Assembly (NCBI GenBank): GCA_964016885.1
Contig: OZ024740.1
Span: forward strand, 93,062,001-93,126,000
DNA: 64,000 nt
Direction of reading: 5' to 3'
Origin: Eledone cirrhosa
Lineage: Eukaryota
The notes under the pieces were generated by a model that was given only the letters and a program-made list of their open reading frames with translations, did no database searches and was not told the origin of the DNA. A program made the translations under genes and the position numbers. Numbering within the stretch: the stretch's first letter is position 1; each line of letters begins with the position of its first letter. Positions 17,266-33,810 of this stretch are shown here, piece by piece.

Positions 17266-18413
17266 TAAATGTATTAAATAATATTGGTTAATTTGTAATC
17301 GTCGCAGGTACACACCGATGGAAAACTGTAATACTGGTATTGACCCTAACCACATAGAACTTTAGTTTAATTAGAAATCGGAAGATGAGATCCTCATAAA
17401 AGTAAGGTAAAATATAAGCAAATTTAACATAATATATTGGATTTAGCCCGTTCATTTACTATTTATATATTTAGGTTCTCTTCACTCCATTAATATTAAA
17501 AAAATCATTAGTTTATATGTTATATTTAAACATTTTTAATAACATGTTATCTCTAATATTTAAGAATGTGTTTGCTCCAGAATAGTTTAAATAGAGATTC
17601 ACCCTCTGTAAATTCTAACATATTTTATTACTGTGATATCAACACAGCACATAAATCGAGGCAACGACCTCTATTGTTTCATATTATTAATTGCACTTCC
17701 CGCATATAAAAAATTGTAACACATTATATTCTATGCATAGGTTAATGGAAACGAAACATATTTCATCTTTTACATGCATACATCATTATGAATAATTGAA
17801 TCGTTTGAATTATGGACTTAAATATTCACGTATGTTTCAATAGTCTATTCTCTCGCCATCCGGCTGATGCAGGTGAACATCCATATTCATGAGGAAAAGT
17901 ATAATTTCCATCCAATAGAAAATTATTTGCGTAGAAACCTGCATTACAAATATCAGGAATTCTTAAATTTATCTTCATAGGATGTAAAGATTAACAAAAG
18001 ATGAATTATATTTTAGTAAATAAAGCATTCTTTAGATATAATATAATTTTAAAGTTGTTAATTTTAGAGGATAAATCTCTACCGAAATAATGCATTAACT
18101 TTAAAGTATTTAGGGCGAATGTTTCACATTTCAAATGTCCAATGCTAAGAGGATCTTGTAATGGAATTATCAATAATAAGAGGGATATATCTTCTAATGG
18201 AAATGCATTTTGCTGTTTAAAGCATATGATATAGTAGACTTCGCTAGCCACTCGGATAACAATAATATTTTCTCGACAAAATGTGTTGCCCTCAAATAAT
18301 AGTCGCAGATATCATTAAAGTGAGCATGAAAATATGAAGAGAAAAGATGAGATAATGGAAGGGGAATGGAAATGTGAGAGAGGAAGAGAAGAAAAGAGAG
18401 GAGATACAGAGAG

Positions 18414-18499
<86 letters not shown>

Positions 18500-19119
18500 A
18501 CTTAAGGTAAAAGGAAAAATCCATTTTCAAACAGTTCGCAGTGAGACAAAATTATTAGCGTGCGACATTCTATTCCGTGCAACAATAAATCAGAAAATGT
18601 TATATATGTGAAGTACAACCAGACTTTTAACAGTTAAGTAGAGGTAGAAGAAAAGTTACGCAGGAATAGATCATGGGATTCCTACCGTGTTATTTCAGGT
18701 GTACTGTATGTGGCGTAGTCGTGATAACAGTTTTCGTAAACTTCACTATTAGAATATAATAACCGATGATTCATCCTGAAGAATATGTTCACATAAATAA
18801 GATAAAAACCTAATCAAGTGATAAGTAATCTTTAAATGTACTTGTCAAAATCCTGGACTAAAATAGAAAATATATATAGATATTCAGGAGAGGAAATTGA
18901 TGGACAGTGCCGTGGTAAAATTGGTGTGATGAACAATAATGAAATATTATTTTCGTCTAGACTTTTCTATAGGAATCCAATATACAAATAATGAATTTTG
19001 TCTCTTTCTTATCACTAAAAAGTATGATATATATATATATATATATGTATAAATATGTATGTATGTATGAATATATATATATATATATATATACATATAT
19101 ACAGAGAGATAGAGAGAAA

Positions 19120-19189
<70 letters not shown>

Positions 19190-19352
19190 TTGATTATAAA
19201 TGTATATCAACAGCATCTTAATCTGTACTATCGAAAACAATACTCATAAAACACTAAATGCATTCTAGATTTCATGGTTCCAACGTATTATTTAACATCT
19301 ATCAAATTGCCTATAAAGTATAGATGCCCGATAACTTCATTCTAATATATTT

Positions 19353-19530
19353 AATAATTGTTTCTACATTTGGCACAAGGCCAGCAATTACTCAGTATAT
19401 TACTGGTACATTATTTTATCCAGCCCGTAAGTATGAAAAGCAAAGTTAACCTTGGCGGGCTTTGAACTCAGGACGTAAAGAGACGTAACTATGCTAGAAA
19501 GCATGACGTCCGACCCTCTACCGATACTTT
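19353..19530 (-). mobile_element. SINE, same family as 88-268
   Basis: Reverse-complement similarity over ~175 bp including the B box. Confidence 0.8.
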
Positions 19531-19957
19531 TAATAATGATTTATTTTTTGTATGCTTATATCAGCATAAATCTTGAAATTGCGAAAGTACTTCCAAAGCA
19601 ATTTTGATTGCTAACACTTTCAATGACTTATCTCTGTCGGAATATTGGCATTGATGAATTAAATAAGGTGCAGTTGGCATTGATACTCTAATCGAATATT
19701 TGGCGATGCAATGATTTCACTACACTTTACACCTTAGGCTTTCAAATATTTAAAGTGGAATTGAATGCGGTGCCAAGTAAAGAAAATGTATATTTGCGAG
19801 TAAATAACGCTGCTTGCAAGCCAATCTTCCTCCATAAATGCATATCTGCTTATTTACACATTGAGGTCCTATAATGTAACAAGAGAGAGAGAGGCATATA
19901 CACGTGCAAGTGTATTCAAATATCCATTTTTGTATGTATGTATGTTAGTGTCTATCC

Positions 19958-21470
<1,513 letters not shown>

Positions 21471-21489
21471 TCTCTATATATATATATAT

Positions 21490-21607
21490 AACGAAGGAAA
21501 TGTGGTAAGGAACAAGGTGGACCATAACGCACCAAAATACTCAATACTTGGGGTAGTAGAGTGGGTAATAGGAACCAGTAAGTCCCCGGGGTCTTACTGG
21601 TTCCTAT
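21490..21607. mobile_element. Minimal PLE 3'-end fold-back (20-bp arms, 21568-21607)
   Basis: ATAGGAACCAGTAAGTCCCC|GGGGTCTTACTGGTTCCTAT after the shared ~80-bp terminus. (TA)n flanks. Confidence 0.8.
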
Positions 21608-21824
21608 ATATATATATATATATATATGTAGATAAATCTACCAAGAGTTTACGGTAGTGTCCAATCCGTATGAAGAACTCAATGTATTCCGGATATCATG
21701 GAAAGAAGAGATGCAATGAAAAATCACTTTCGGTGAAAGATAAACGGAATACAGAGTCAAGATAAAATATTAAACAAATAATGAATAAAACAATGAAACA
21801 GTTCCTTATATTAAACAAAAAAAG

Positions 21825-21979
21825 TTCATTATTTAACGATCGTTTCTAGGATATATATGTGTTAGAATTGGCATGCATATTCAACAGATCTATGTACAAA
21901 ATTATACAAAATTATACAAACTATCAAGATTAAATATACATACCAAACACACATATATGCCGTCTTCAGAAATAATGAA
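21825..21979 (-). ncRNA. Type I hammerhead ribozyme with ~115-nt stem II
   Basis: Reverse complement of 32131-32285. Confidence 0.75.
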
Positions 21980-22582
21980 ATATATTTATTGATAATAACA
22001 ACAATTCAAAATGTCAGGTCCGTTTGGGAACGGAGTTCAAATTGACCAATGAAAATACAAAAAATGTTATGCAGTTTGGTGTGTGTATATACATGTAACT
22101 AACTTCGTACACATATTTATACAAAGATATATGCTCAACATGCATACGCATGCCAAAAAGATGTATGCAAATACAAAAATTCAAGGCTAATGTCTCTGTA
22201 AGTTTATAATCCACAGATAAAATGCGTATAGACACATAAATATGAAATAAGTGTATACACATATTCACATACTCACACATATCCGTACACTCACACACAC
22301 ACGCGCGTATATGCATAAACATACACATAATTACGAACATACATACACACACACACACCCACACACATATATATGTGGATATAGTATTATCATAAGCACA
22401 TGGATATTAATGCACTCACATAAAACACTGCCACACACATTTAGATCAAGATACAGAAATTAGGTGGGAGGGGGGGAGAGGTCAGTATTCAACGGTTTCG
22501 GCAGACTGCTTATTTATAGATGTATCTATAAACTTATAAATAAAAAGAAAAGAAAAGAAAAAGAAAAAAGAAATATATCAAG

Positions 22583-22640
<58 letters not shown>

Positions 22641-23112
22641 TACACATACAACACACACACACACACATATATAAACATATGCATATATACATACACACAT
22701 ATACACACATACATATATATATATATACACACATATATATACACATATATACACACACACATATATTCATACACATATATACACATACACGCACATATAC
22801 ATACACATACATACTTATATACATACAGACATACACATACATACATATATATACACACATATACATACAGACATACATACATACATACACACATACACAC
22901 ATACATACACACACATACATACTCATACATAGACATAGATATATATTCTCACACACATACGCACTTACATATACGCATATATACAAATACTTACGCATCC
23001 ATATATCCGTATATACATACAAACACCACTACACTCTCACACAACTCAGACATACAAAGAAAAAGGTATATACATATACACATATACACATACAAATAGA
23101 GATACATATACA

Positions 23113-23148
<36 letters not shown>

Positions 23149-23334
23149 CACATATATATACATATACATATATATACATATACATACATGTACACACACA
23201 TACACATACATACATACACACATATACCCATACATATATAGTCACACACACACACACACCTACACATACATACACATACACATATATAAAGATATATATA
23301 CACACACATACACACACACACATATATAATAAAC

Positions 23335-23373
<39 letters not shown>

Positions 23374-24237
23374 CACATATACATACACATATACATACAT
23401 ACACATACATACATATACACACATATATATATACACACATACACACATACATACATACACACACACATACATACACACATATACATACTCATACATAGAC
23501 ATAGATATATATTCACACACACATACGCACTTACATATACGCATATATACAAATACATGCGCATCCATATATGCGTATATACATACAAACACCACTACAC
23601 TCTCACACAACTCAGACATACAAAGAAAATGGTATATACATATACATATATACACACATAAATAGAGATACATATACACTTATATATATATATACATACA
23701 TATATATATATACCCACACACACATACAACCATAAACACACATACAAACACATACATACACACATATATACACATATATATACACACACACAAAATAACA
23801 CACATACACATATATATTTACATATATATATATATATATATACATATACACACATTCACATATATATATATACACATAAGTTATATTATAATAATAAATA
23901 ATATATATATATACACATACAAATATATATATACATAGACATCCATATATATATATACACACACACACACACTCACATATATATGTGCGCACACGTACAT
24001 ATATACACATACACACATATACACATAAACATATACATGTGCATACATGTACATACACACATATACCCACATAGATACGAAGATACACATATATATAGAG
24101 AGACATACATATACATACACATATATACACACACATACATACACACATATATATACACACACACATACACGCCCACACACACATACACATATACATATAT
24201 ATATATATATACATATACATATACACATACATGCATA

Positions 24238-24283
<46 letters not shown>

Positions 24284-25488
24284 ATCATACATTTTTATTT
24301 GCATGCGCATATATGTATTTTTATACTCAGATATAAACACCCAAACATATATACACCGACCTACATATATATTCATACATACACGCTTACAAATACAGAT
24401 GATAATAGTATGGGGGAAGGGGGGGGGGGGGAAGGGGATTATAGTAAATATATGTTTCAAGAAACATAGAATATTAATCTGTATTTGGATCTCAATATAT
24501 GTTTTTACATAGTTTCAGTGTTAGGAAATGCAAGAAATAAGGCAAAATTATGCATTTCAAAATAAGTATACCATTAATTATAGGTTAACTAAACTAAAGA
24601 TAGTTAATATATTGATTTCTAAGGTGTAAATTAGTTAGGTTTATAATATTTGAAGCAGAATTTTGAAGTTAAATAGTAGTAGAGTATTAATTATAGTATA
24701 ACTAAATTAAAATTATTAACGTTATGGTATCAATATTAGGAAATGAATTTAGTAATAGGGAAAAAACAAATAAAGTATTACATCGGTAGTAGAATATAAA
24801 TTATAGGTTAACTAAATTAAAAATTATATATTAATTTCTATATTATATGTTAATTAGGTATATAATAAATAAAACAGATATTGTATTTTATCAATAGCAG
24901 AATATAATTATATGCAAATAGAAATCAAAATTAATACATATACATATACATATACATACACATATATATATATACACATATATATATACATACATACACA
25001 TACATATACATACATACATATACATATTTTTTCAAAAAATGCAAAGAATATATTAACTAGGTATACATCCAAAACACATCCCATTCTATGATTACATGAC
25101 ACTCTGCAATCCGTCTGTATTAGGATACTAATTTTAAGCCAATTAAATTAAATTTTTAGTTGACTAAATTTATAACCAAATTATAAATATATTTCTAAAA
25201 TGTATATTAATTAGGTCTATAATACTAAAAACTTATTTCTCTGTCATTGAATACACGATATTTTGTTATATTTTATCTGTAAAGGAATTTTAATAAAGGG
25301 TTAAATAAATTAAAATTAATCTATAAATTAAATTACTAAGTATATATTAGTAATATTTAAAGGTTTTTCACAATTTATGATTACACAATATTTTATATTC
25401 TCATCTGTAGTAGAATTTTAATTAAATTAAATTTATAGGTTAACTAACATTTAAATTAAATTATATATTAATTTCTAAAATAATGTTA

Positions 25489-27536
25489 TTAATTAGGTTT
25501 ATAATATTTAAATGTTTTTTTTAGTTTATGATTACACGATATAATTAATTCCTGTCGTTTATTTAATAGGATATCCTTAGATTTCATTATTTCAAATAGT
25601 TCTTGGGAACATAATCTACATTCATTTCTATTATTTTGATAAGGGGTGGCTCTTTTGAGCACACTCCAGGTCAAATCATATTCTATATTCTTATTTTTAT
25701 AACTATTGATTTTTTCTGCTAGAGATGTTGTATTAGCCAGTGCGGCATTTTTAAAACTATGCTTGTGGGTATTAAACCTTGTCTTAAAACTGTTAGAAGT
25801 AGCTCCTATATATGAGCAAATAGAATCTTTAGTTTTAACATTACATTTATAGACTATGTTGTTAACAAGACAATTCCCTTTCAATGGGCAGTTTGCTTTG
25901 TTTCTACAGTTACAACCTTTCGTTAATTCTGTATTTGAGGAGATATTATGGTTAGTTTGATGTATTGGTGGTATACTTATGGTTTTCTTACATTTATATG
26001 CATTATAGGCACTTATATTTTGTTTTATGTTATTTGTTGTTGAGTATGAGAATTTAACTGTAGACCTATTTAAGATTTGATGGTATTTGTGGTTTGGCGG
26101 GAAGTTTTTCTCTAGGATATAAAACAATTTTTTAGCAATATTATCCTTAATTTGTAAATTAAATGGAGAATTATACCAAGTAACCCGTCTATTACGGTTT
26201 CTATGTTGTTTATTATTTTTATTATTTTTATAGGTTGTATCGTTATGTTTACTAGGAGGATTAATGTTAATGATCTCACCACAACCATTTTTAGTTATAT
26301 TTGTAGATTTAGGTGTTTTATCTTTTTTATTAGGAGTTTTATTATTAATATTTATTAGAGTTGTATGATGAGTAGTTTTTTGAGAGTTACTATATTTTAT
26401 ATTAGAAGATTTGGTATTTTGGGGTATAGTGTGGGTGGCATTTAGGTGTGTACTTTTCATTTGGTGTTTATTTGTAATATTAGGTTGTATGTTTTTAGTA
26501 TTTTTAGTAGAAGGTATATATTCTAATCTATTTTTGTGGCCACTTCTATCTAGAGCTTCGTTATAGAAGGACGCATTTTTATCAAATACATCTTGGTTAG
26601 AAGAAAGGTTAGAAATACTAAGTGATATATTATATGCAAGGTTTTTAAGGATAGATTTAGGGTGATTAGATTGTGAGTGTATGTAATGTAAGTTTTGGTT
26701 TGGTTTATGGTAAGGTTGGTAGATACCCGTAGCTAAATCTAAAGTTATATCTAGGAAATTTACTACTTTACTTGTTTTTTCAAAAGTAATATGAAGATTA
26801 TAATAGTCTTTAAGGAAAGTTCTAATATGTTTTTTGTTTTTTTCAATTTCTGAAAGGCTAAGGTTGTTAGAAAGAAGAAGACAGTCATCCCGATATAAAC
26901 CACCTTTAAGGTGGGGAAAGGAGGCATTTATGTTGAAAAGGAGAAAGAGGCCCACAAGATCAGTAATTTGGGCGGAATCGCTTGAACCCATAGTAATATC
27001 AAATAGATTACTATATGTGTTTCTGGTCCAGTATTCATTCTGAAATTCAATAAGTGTTAGTCTAGCATGTGTAATAATATTAATGTCATCCAAAGTTAAG
27101 TTAGATCTATTTTTAGCAAATATCAATGCTTTGTTCAGGAGTATAGGTGATATAGAAGAATAGTAATTATCTATATCAAATTGTAGAAATGAAGCAGAAG
27201 ATTTACATCTAATATTTTTAAACCAGTTAATTACATGGGAGGTGTTTTCCCAGAGTGGTAAAATAACGTGTTTTCTTATTTGTGGGATGACTCTATCCAA
27301 AATTGTTTTGCTAATTATTCCAATATCTGATTTGGAGGGACATATAAGTCTTATAGAAGGATTTGAGTTAAAGTTTGATTTATGATCCTTCAGGTTGAAG
27401 TGTGGTCTTTTCAATGCCAAAGGTTCAGTTCTATCTTCAATGTTTAGTTTTTTTACTATGTTGTGTGTTTTGTTGTTGATGTTGGTGAGTGACGCATTAT
27501 TAGATTTTTTATAATTTTTCCTGAGTTCTTTAATGA
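25489..27536 (-). CDS. Penelope-like RT plus GIY-YIG endonuclease; open frame, 5'-truncated at the inversion junction
   Basis: QFDIDNYYSSI, FDITMGS, GLYRDD, VNFLDITLDL, CNCRNKANCPLKGNC, IVYKC...YIGAT...FKTRFNTHKHSF, CRLCSQE. The frame stays open upstream of the called start at 27420. Confidence 0.95.
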
Positions 27537-27540
27537 GTCC

Positions 27541-28620
27541 TTCTATAACGAAGCTCTAGATAGAAGTGGCCACAAAAATAGATTAGAATATATACCTTCT
27601 ACTAAAAATACTAAAAACATACAACCTAATATTACAAATAAACACCAAATGAAAAGTACACACCTAAATGCCACCCACACTATACCCCAAAATACCAAAT
27701 CTTCTAATATAAAATATAGTAACTCTCAACAAACTACTCATCATACAACTCTAATAAATATTAATAATAAAACTCCTAATAAAAAAGATAAAACACCTAA
27801 ATCTACAAATATAACTAAAAATGGTTGTGGTGAGATCATTAACATTAATCCTCCTAGTAAACATCACGATACAACCTATAAAAATAATAAAAATAATAAA
27901 CAACATAGAAACCGTAATAGACGGGTTACTTGGTATAATGCTCCATTTAATTTACAAATTAAGGATAATATTGCTAAAAATTTTGTTTATATCCTAGAGA
28001 AAAACTTCCCGCCAAACCACAAATACCATCAAATGTTAAATAGGTCTACAGTTAAATTCTCATACTCAACAACAAATAACATAAAACAAAATATAAGTGC
28101 CTATAATGCATATAAATGTAAGAAAACCATAAGTATACCACCAACACATCAAACTAACCATAATATCTCCTCAAATACAGAATTAACGAAAGGTTGTAAC
28201 TGTAGAAACAAAGCAAACTGCCCATTGAAAGGGAATTGTCTTGTTAACAACATAGTCTATAAATGTAATGTTAAAACTAAAGATTCTATTTGCTCATATA
28301 TAGGAGCTACTTCTAACAGTTTTAAGACAAGGTTTAATACCCACAAGCATAGTTTTAAAAATGCCGCACTGGCTAATACATCATCTCTAGCAGAAAAAAT
28401 CAATAGTTATAAAAATAAGAATATAGAATATGATTTGACCTGGAGTGTGCTCAAAAGAGCCACCCCTTATCAAAATAATAGAAATGAATGTAGATTATGT
28501 TCCCAAGAACTATTTGAAATAATGAAATCTAAGGATATCCTATTAAATAAACGACAGGAATTAATTATATCGTGTAATCATAAACTAAAAAAAACATTTA
28601 AATATTATAAACCTAATTAA
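27541..28620 (+). pseudogene. Inverted duplicate of the PLE ORF C-terminus (linker plus GIY-YIG)
   Basis: 323-aa ORF nearly identical to the C-terminal half of the 643-aa ORF, with under ten substitutions. Confidence 0.93.
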
Positions 28621-29826
28621 TAACATTATTTTAGAAATTAATATATAATTTAATTTAAATGTTAGTTAACCTATAAATTTAATTTAATTAAAATTCTACT
28701 ACAGATGAGAATATAAAATATTGTGTAATCATAAATTGTGAAAAACCTTTAAATATTACTAATATATACTTAGTAATTTAATTTATAGATTAATTTTAAT
28801 TTATTTAACCCTTTATTAAAATTCCTTTACAGATAAAATATAACAAAATATAGTGTATTCAATGACAGAGAAATACGTTTTTAGTATTATAGACCTAATT
28901 AATATACATTTTAGAAATATATTTATAATTTGGTTATAAATTTAGTCAACCTAAAAATTTAATTTAATTGGCTTAAAATTAGTATCCTAATACAGACGGA
29001 TTGCAGAGTGTTATGTAATCATAGAATGGGATGTGTTTTGGATGTATACCTAGTTAATATATTCTTTGCAATTTTTGAAAAAATATGTATATGTATGTAT
29101 GTATATGTATGTGTATGTATGTATATATATATGTGTATATATATATATGTGTATGTATATGTATATGTATATGTATTAATTTTGATTTCTATTTGCATAT
29201 AATTATATTCTGCTATTGATAAAATACAATATCTGTTTTATTTATTATATACCTAATTAACATATAATATAGAAATTAATATATAATTTTTAATTTAGTT
29301 AACCTATAATTTATATTCTACTACCGATGTAATACTTTATTTGTTTTTTCCCTATTACTAAATTCATTTCCTAATATTGATACCATAACGTTAATAATTT
29401 TAATTTAGTTATACTATAATTAATACTCTACTACTATTTAACTTCAAAATTCTGCTTCAAATATTATAAACCTAACTAATTTACACCTTAGAAATCAATA
29501 TATTAACTATCTTTAGTTTAGTTAACCTATAATTAATGGTATACTTATTTTGAAATGCATAATTTTGCCTTATTTCTTGCATTTCCTAACACTGAAACTA
29601 TGTAAAAACATATATTGAGATCCAAATACAGATTAATATTCTATGTTTCTTGAGACATATATTTACTATAATCCCCTTCTCCACCCCCCCTTTCCCCCAT
29701 ACTATTATCATCTGTATTTGTAAGCGTGTATGTATGAATATATATGTAGGTAGGTGTATATATGTTTGGGTGTTTATATCTGAGTATAAAAATACATATA
29801 TGCGCATGCAAATAAAAATGTATGAT

Positions 29827-29872
<46 letters not shown>

Positions 29873-30255
29873 TGTATGTGTATATGTATATGTATATATA
29901 TATATATGTATATCTGTATGTGTGTGTGGGCGTGTATGTGTGTGTGTATATATATGTGTGTATGTATGTGTATATATGTGTATGTATATGTATGTCTCTC
30001 TATATATATGTGTATCTTCGTATCTATGTGGGTATATGTGTGTATGTACATGTATGCACATGTATATGTTTATGTGTATATGTGTGTATGTGTATATATG
30101 TACGTGTGCGCACATATATATGTGAGTGTGTGTGTGTGTGTGTATATATATATATGTATGTCTATGTATATATATATATTTGTATGTGTATATATATATA
30201 TATTATTTATTATTATAATATAACTTATGTGTATATATATATATGTGAATGTGTG

Positions 30256-30286
<31 letters not shown>

Positions 30287-30737
30287 GTAAATATATATGT
30301 GTATGTGTGTTTTTGGTGTGTGTGTATATATATGTGTATATATGTGTGTATGTATGTGTTTGTATGTGTGTTTATGGTTGTATGTGTGTGTGGGTATATA
30401 TATATATATGTATGTATATATATATAAGTGTATATGTATCTCTATTTATGTGTGTATATATGTATATGTATATACCTTTTTCTTTTTATGTCTGAGTTGT
30501 GTGAGAGTGTAGTGGTGTTTGTATGTATATACGCATATATGGATGCGTATGTATTTGTATATATGCGTATATGTAAGTGCGTATGTGTGTGTGAATATAT
30601 ATCTATGTCTATGTATGAGTATGTATATGTGTGTATGTATGTGTGTGTGTATGTATGTATGTGTGTATGTGTGTATATATATATGTGTGTATATGTATGT
30701 ATGTATGTGTATGTATGTGTATGTGTATGTATATGTG

Positions 30738-30769
<32 letters not shown>

Positions 30770-30958
30770 TATGTTTATTATATATGTGTGTGTGTGTATG
30801 TGTGTGTATATATATCTTTATATATGTGTATGTGTATGTATGTGTAGGTGTGTGTGTGTGTGTGACTATATATGTATGGGTATATGTGTGTATGTATGTA
30901 TGTGTATGTATGTGTACATGTATGTATATGTATATATATGTATATGTATATATATGTG

Positions 30959-30994
<36 letters not shown>

Positions 30995-31468
30995 TATGTA
31001 TATGTATCTCTATTTGTATGTGTATATGTGTATATGTATATACCTTTTTCTTTGTATGTCTGAGTTGTGTGAGAGTGTAGTGGTGTTTGTATGTATATAC
31101 GGATATATGGATGCGTAAGTATTTGTATATATGCGTATATGTAAGTGCGTATGTGTGTGAGAATATATATCTATGTCTATGTATGAGTATGTATATGTGT
31201 GTATGTATGTGTGTATGTGTGTCTGTATGTATGTATGTCTGTATGTATATGTGTGTATATATATGTATGTATGTGTATGTCTGTATGCATATAAGTATGT
31301 ATGTGTATGTATATGTGCGTGTATGTGTATATATGTGTATGTATATATGTGTGTGTGTATATATGTGTATATATATGTGTGTATATATATATATATGTAT
31401 GTGTGTATATGTGTGTATGTATATATGCATATGTTTATATATGTGTGTGTGTGTGTGTTGTATGTGTA

Positions 31469-31520
<52 letters not shown>

Positions 31521-32130
31521 CTTGATATATTTCTTTTTTCTTTTTTCTTTTTCTTTTCTTTTCTTTTTATTTATAAGTTTATAGATACATCTATAAATAA
31601 GCAGTCTGCCGAAACCGTTGAATACTGACCTCTCCCCCCCTCCCACCTAATTTCTGTATCTTGATCTAAATGTGTGTGGCAGTGTTTTATGTGAGTGCAT
31701 TAATATCCATGTGCTTATGATAATACTATATCCACATATATATGTGTGTGGGGATGTGTGTGTGTATGTATGTTCGTAATTATGTGTATGTTTATGCATA
31801 TACGCGCGTGTGTGTGTGAGTGTACGGATATGTGTGAGTATGTGAATATGTGTATACACTTGTTTCATATTTATGTGTCTATACGCATTTTATCTGTGGA
31901 TTATAAACTTACAGAGACATTAGCCTTGAATTTTTGTATTTGCATACATCTTTTTGGCATGCGTATGCATGTTGAGCATATATCTTTGTATAAATATGTG
32001 TACGAAGTTAGTTACATGTATATACACACAGCAAACTGCATAAAATTTTTTGTATTTTCATTGGTCAATTTGAACTCCGTTCCTAAACGGACCTGAAATT
32101 TTGAATTGTTGTTATTATCAATAAATATAT

Positions 32131-32285
32131 TTCATTATTTCTGAAGACGGCATATATGTGGGTTTTGTATGTATATTTAATCTTGATAGTTTGTATAATT
32201 TTGTATAATTTCGTACATAGATCTGTTGAATATGCATGCCAATTCTAACACATATATATCCTAGAAACGATCGTTAAATAATGAA
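32131..32285 (+). ncRNA. Type I hammerhead ribozyme with ~115-nt stem II
   Basis: ttcattattt-CTGAAGA-[atatatgtg...cacatatat]-GAAA-cgatcg-TT-aaataatgaa, with a 10-bp stem I. Confidence 0.75.
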
Positions 32286-32339
32286 CTTTTTTTGTTTAAT
32301 ATAAGGAACTGTTTCATTGTTTTATTCATTATTTGTTTA

Positions 32340-32377
<38 letters not shown>

Positions 32378-32498
32378 CACATAAATATATAAACACTCAT
32401 ACTCATATATTCGCATATACATACATACACGCACGCACACACACACACACACACATCACACACCACACACACACGCACACACATACACACACACACAT

Positions 32499-32549
<51 letters not shown>

Positions 32550-32554
<5 letters not shown>

Positions 32555-33390
32555 TATTACGTATCGAGAAAGAGAAAAAAAGGGGAGGATAATTGATACA
32601 TATAGTTATTTGCCAAGTAGCGTATGCCAAAGGTGCTTGATACTAGTGCCGGCAGTATTAAATATTCGAAGTGTTAATATTTAGTGGGCTAGAGAGTTAG
32701 CAGAGCATAAGCACGTGGCAAAGTAAACAAATCGGAGAATAGACCGTTAAAACATGTTTATTTAAAACACCACCTACGTACGTTTCGCCCAGTTGGGCTT
32801 CTCAAGGGCATAAATAATCACAAGTGCTCCTTATATTGCTCGGAAAGAGTTTTTGGGGTTAAATCCAAATCAAGGTTCATTGCTCGCAAAAATATCTGTT
32901 TTGATTTTGCAGCAGGTCAAGGGAGGTAACTCTGGCCGCTGTTAGGGCAGACCTTCCCGGACAATTTTTTTTGTTTTTTTTTGCTGCATCTGTTTGTCTG
33001 AGGCAGGGTCTGGTACGCAAGGATTGTTTCCTGGGTGTTATTTTGCAGCGCCTGCCCGCCGGGTTGTTAAGACTTGTTGCAGGGAGATCCGGTGTACAGT
33101 TTCACTCCTCATCCTTAACCGATCTGAAGAAGGATATTTTTAAGCGATGTGTTCACTTATCGCTGTTTCAGCTCTGCTGTTGATGAGCTCGTGGGGTGCA
33201 GTTATGATGTGGTAGAGCTCCATGAGGCAAAGTTCGCATTTTCTCTTGAAGTTGTACGGTGCAGCCCTGCCGACAATCTCCCAGTGCGTGGAGAAGCTGG
33301 TGTTTAAGTCCTTTAGTGATGTGATGTAGTCCGCGAGCGAAGTGGAGTGCCTTAGTTTTCTATTTGTGAAAGACTGGAGATGTTCGAAAC
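32550..33390 (-). mobile_element. 5'-truncated PLE: GIY-YIG C-terminus, 3' UTR and minimal HHR at 32770-32810
   Basis: Hand translation of ~33140-33390 (-) gives HLQSFTNRKLRHSTSLADYI...WEIVGRAAPYNFKRKCELCLMEL...LINSRAE. HHR: cc-TTGAGAA-gccc aact gggc-GAAA-cgtacg-TA-gg, with a short stem I. Confidence 0.85.
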
Positions 33391-33761
33391 CTAAAAACTC
33401 AATATCTTGGGAGCAGGAGAGAATGCAGGTTATGTTCAGGGGAGATCTTGGAAATTACTAAATCTAAGGACGATTTATTGAATAAAAGAAAGGAACTGAT
33501 TATAATCTGTAATCACCGTATACGAAAAACTTTTAAATATTATGAACCTAATTAAACATTCTAAATAGCAACTCACTATAAGTATATATAGCGTGACATT
33601 TGTTAGTATCCCTTCATCTAATTATACGCAATCATGCTTATGTTTTACCTTTTAATGTTTTAGCTTCCTTAGATGTATGCGTTAATGACTAAAGGAAACA
33701 AGGTACACAACCACCCGTAATTGCATGAGTAAATATCTATCTATGTATGTATGATATGGGA

Positions 33762-33810
<49 letters not shown>

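Larger units (their letters stand above)
21628..32348. mobile_element. Young PLE forming a ~10.6-kb palindrome: arms 21762-26572 and 27537-32348, 964-bp spacer, unpaired tail 21628-21761
   Basis: Arms are near-identical reverse complements, shown by mirrored ORF translations. GTCC microhomology at the inversion junction. (TA)n flanks. Confidence 0.95.

Noticed and set aside
21762-32348. Assembly or read fold-back artefact
   Set aside because: The arms have distinct SNPs and repeat lengths, an asymmetric tail and a microhomology junction, and the same geometry recurs in more diverged elements. Raw reads would settle it.
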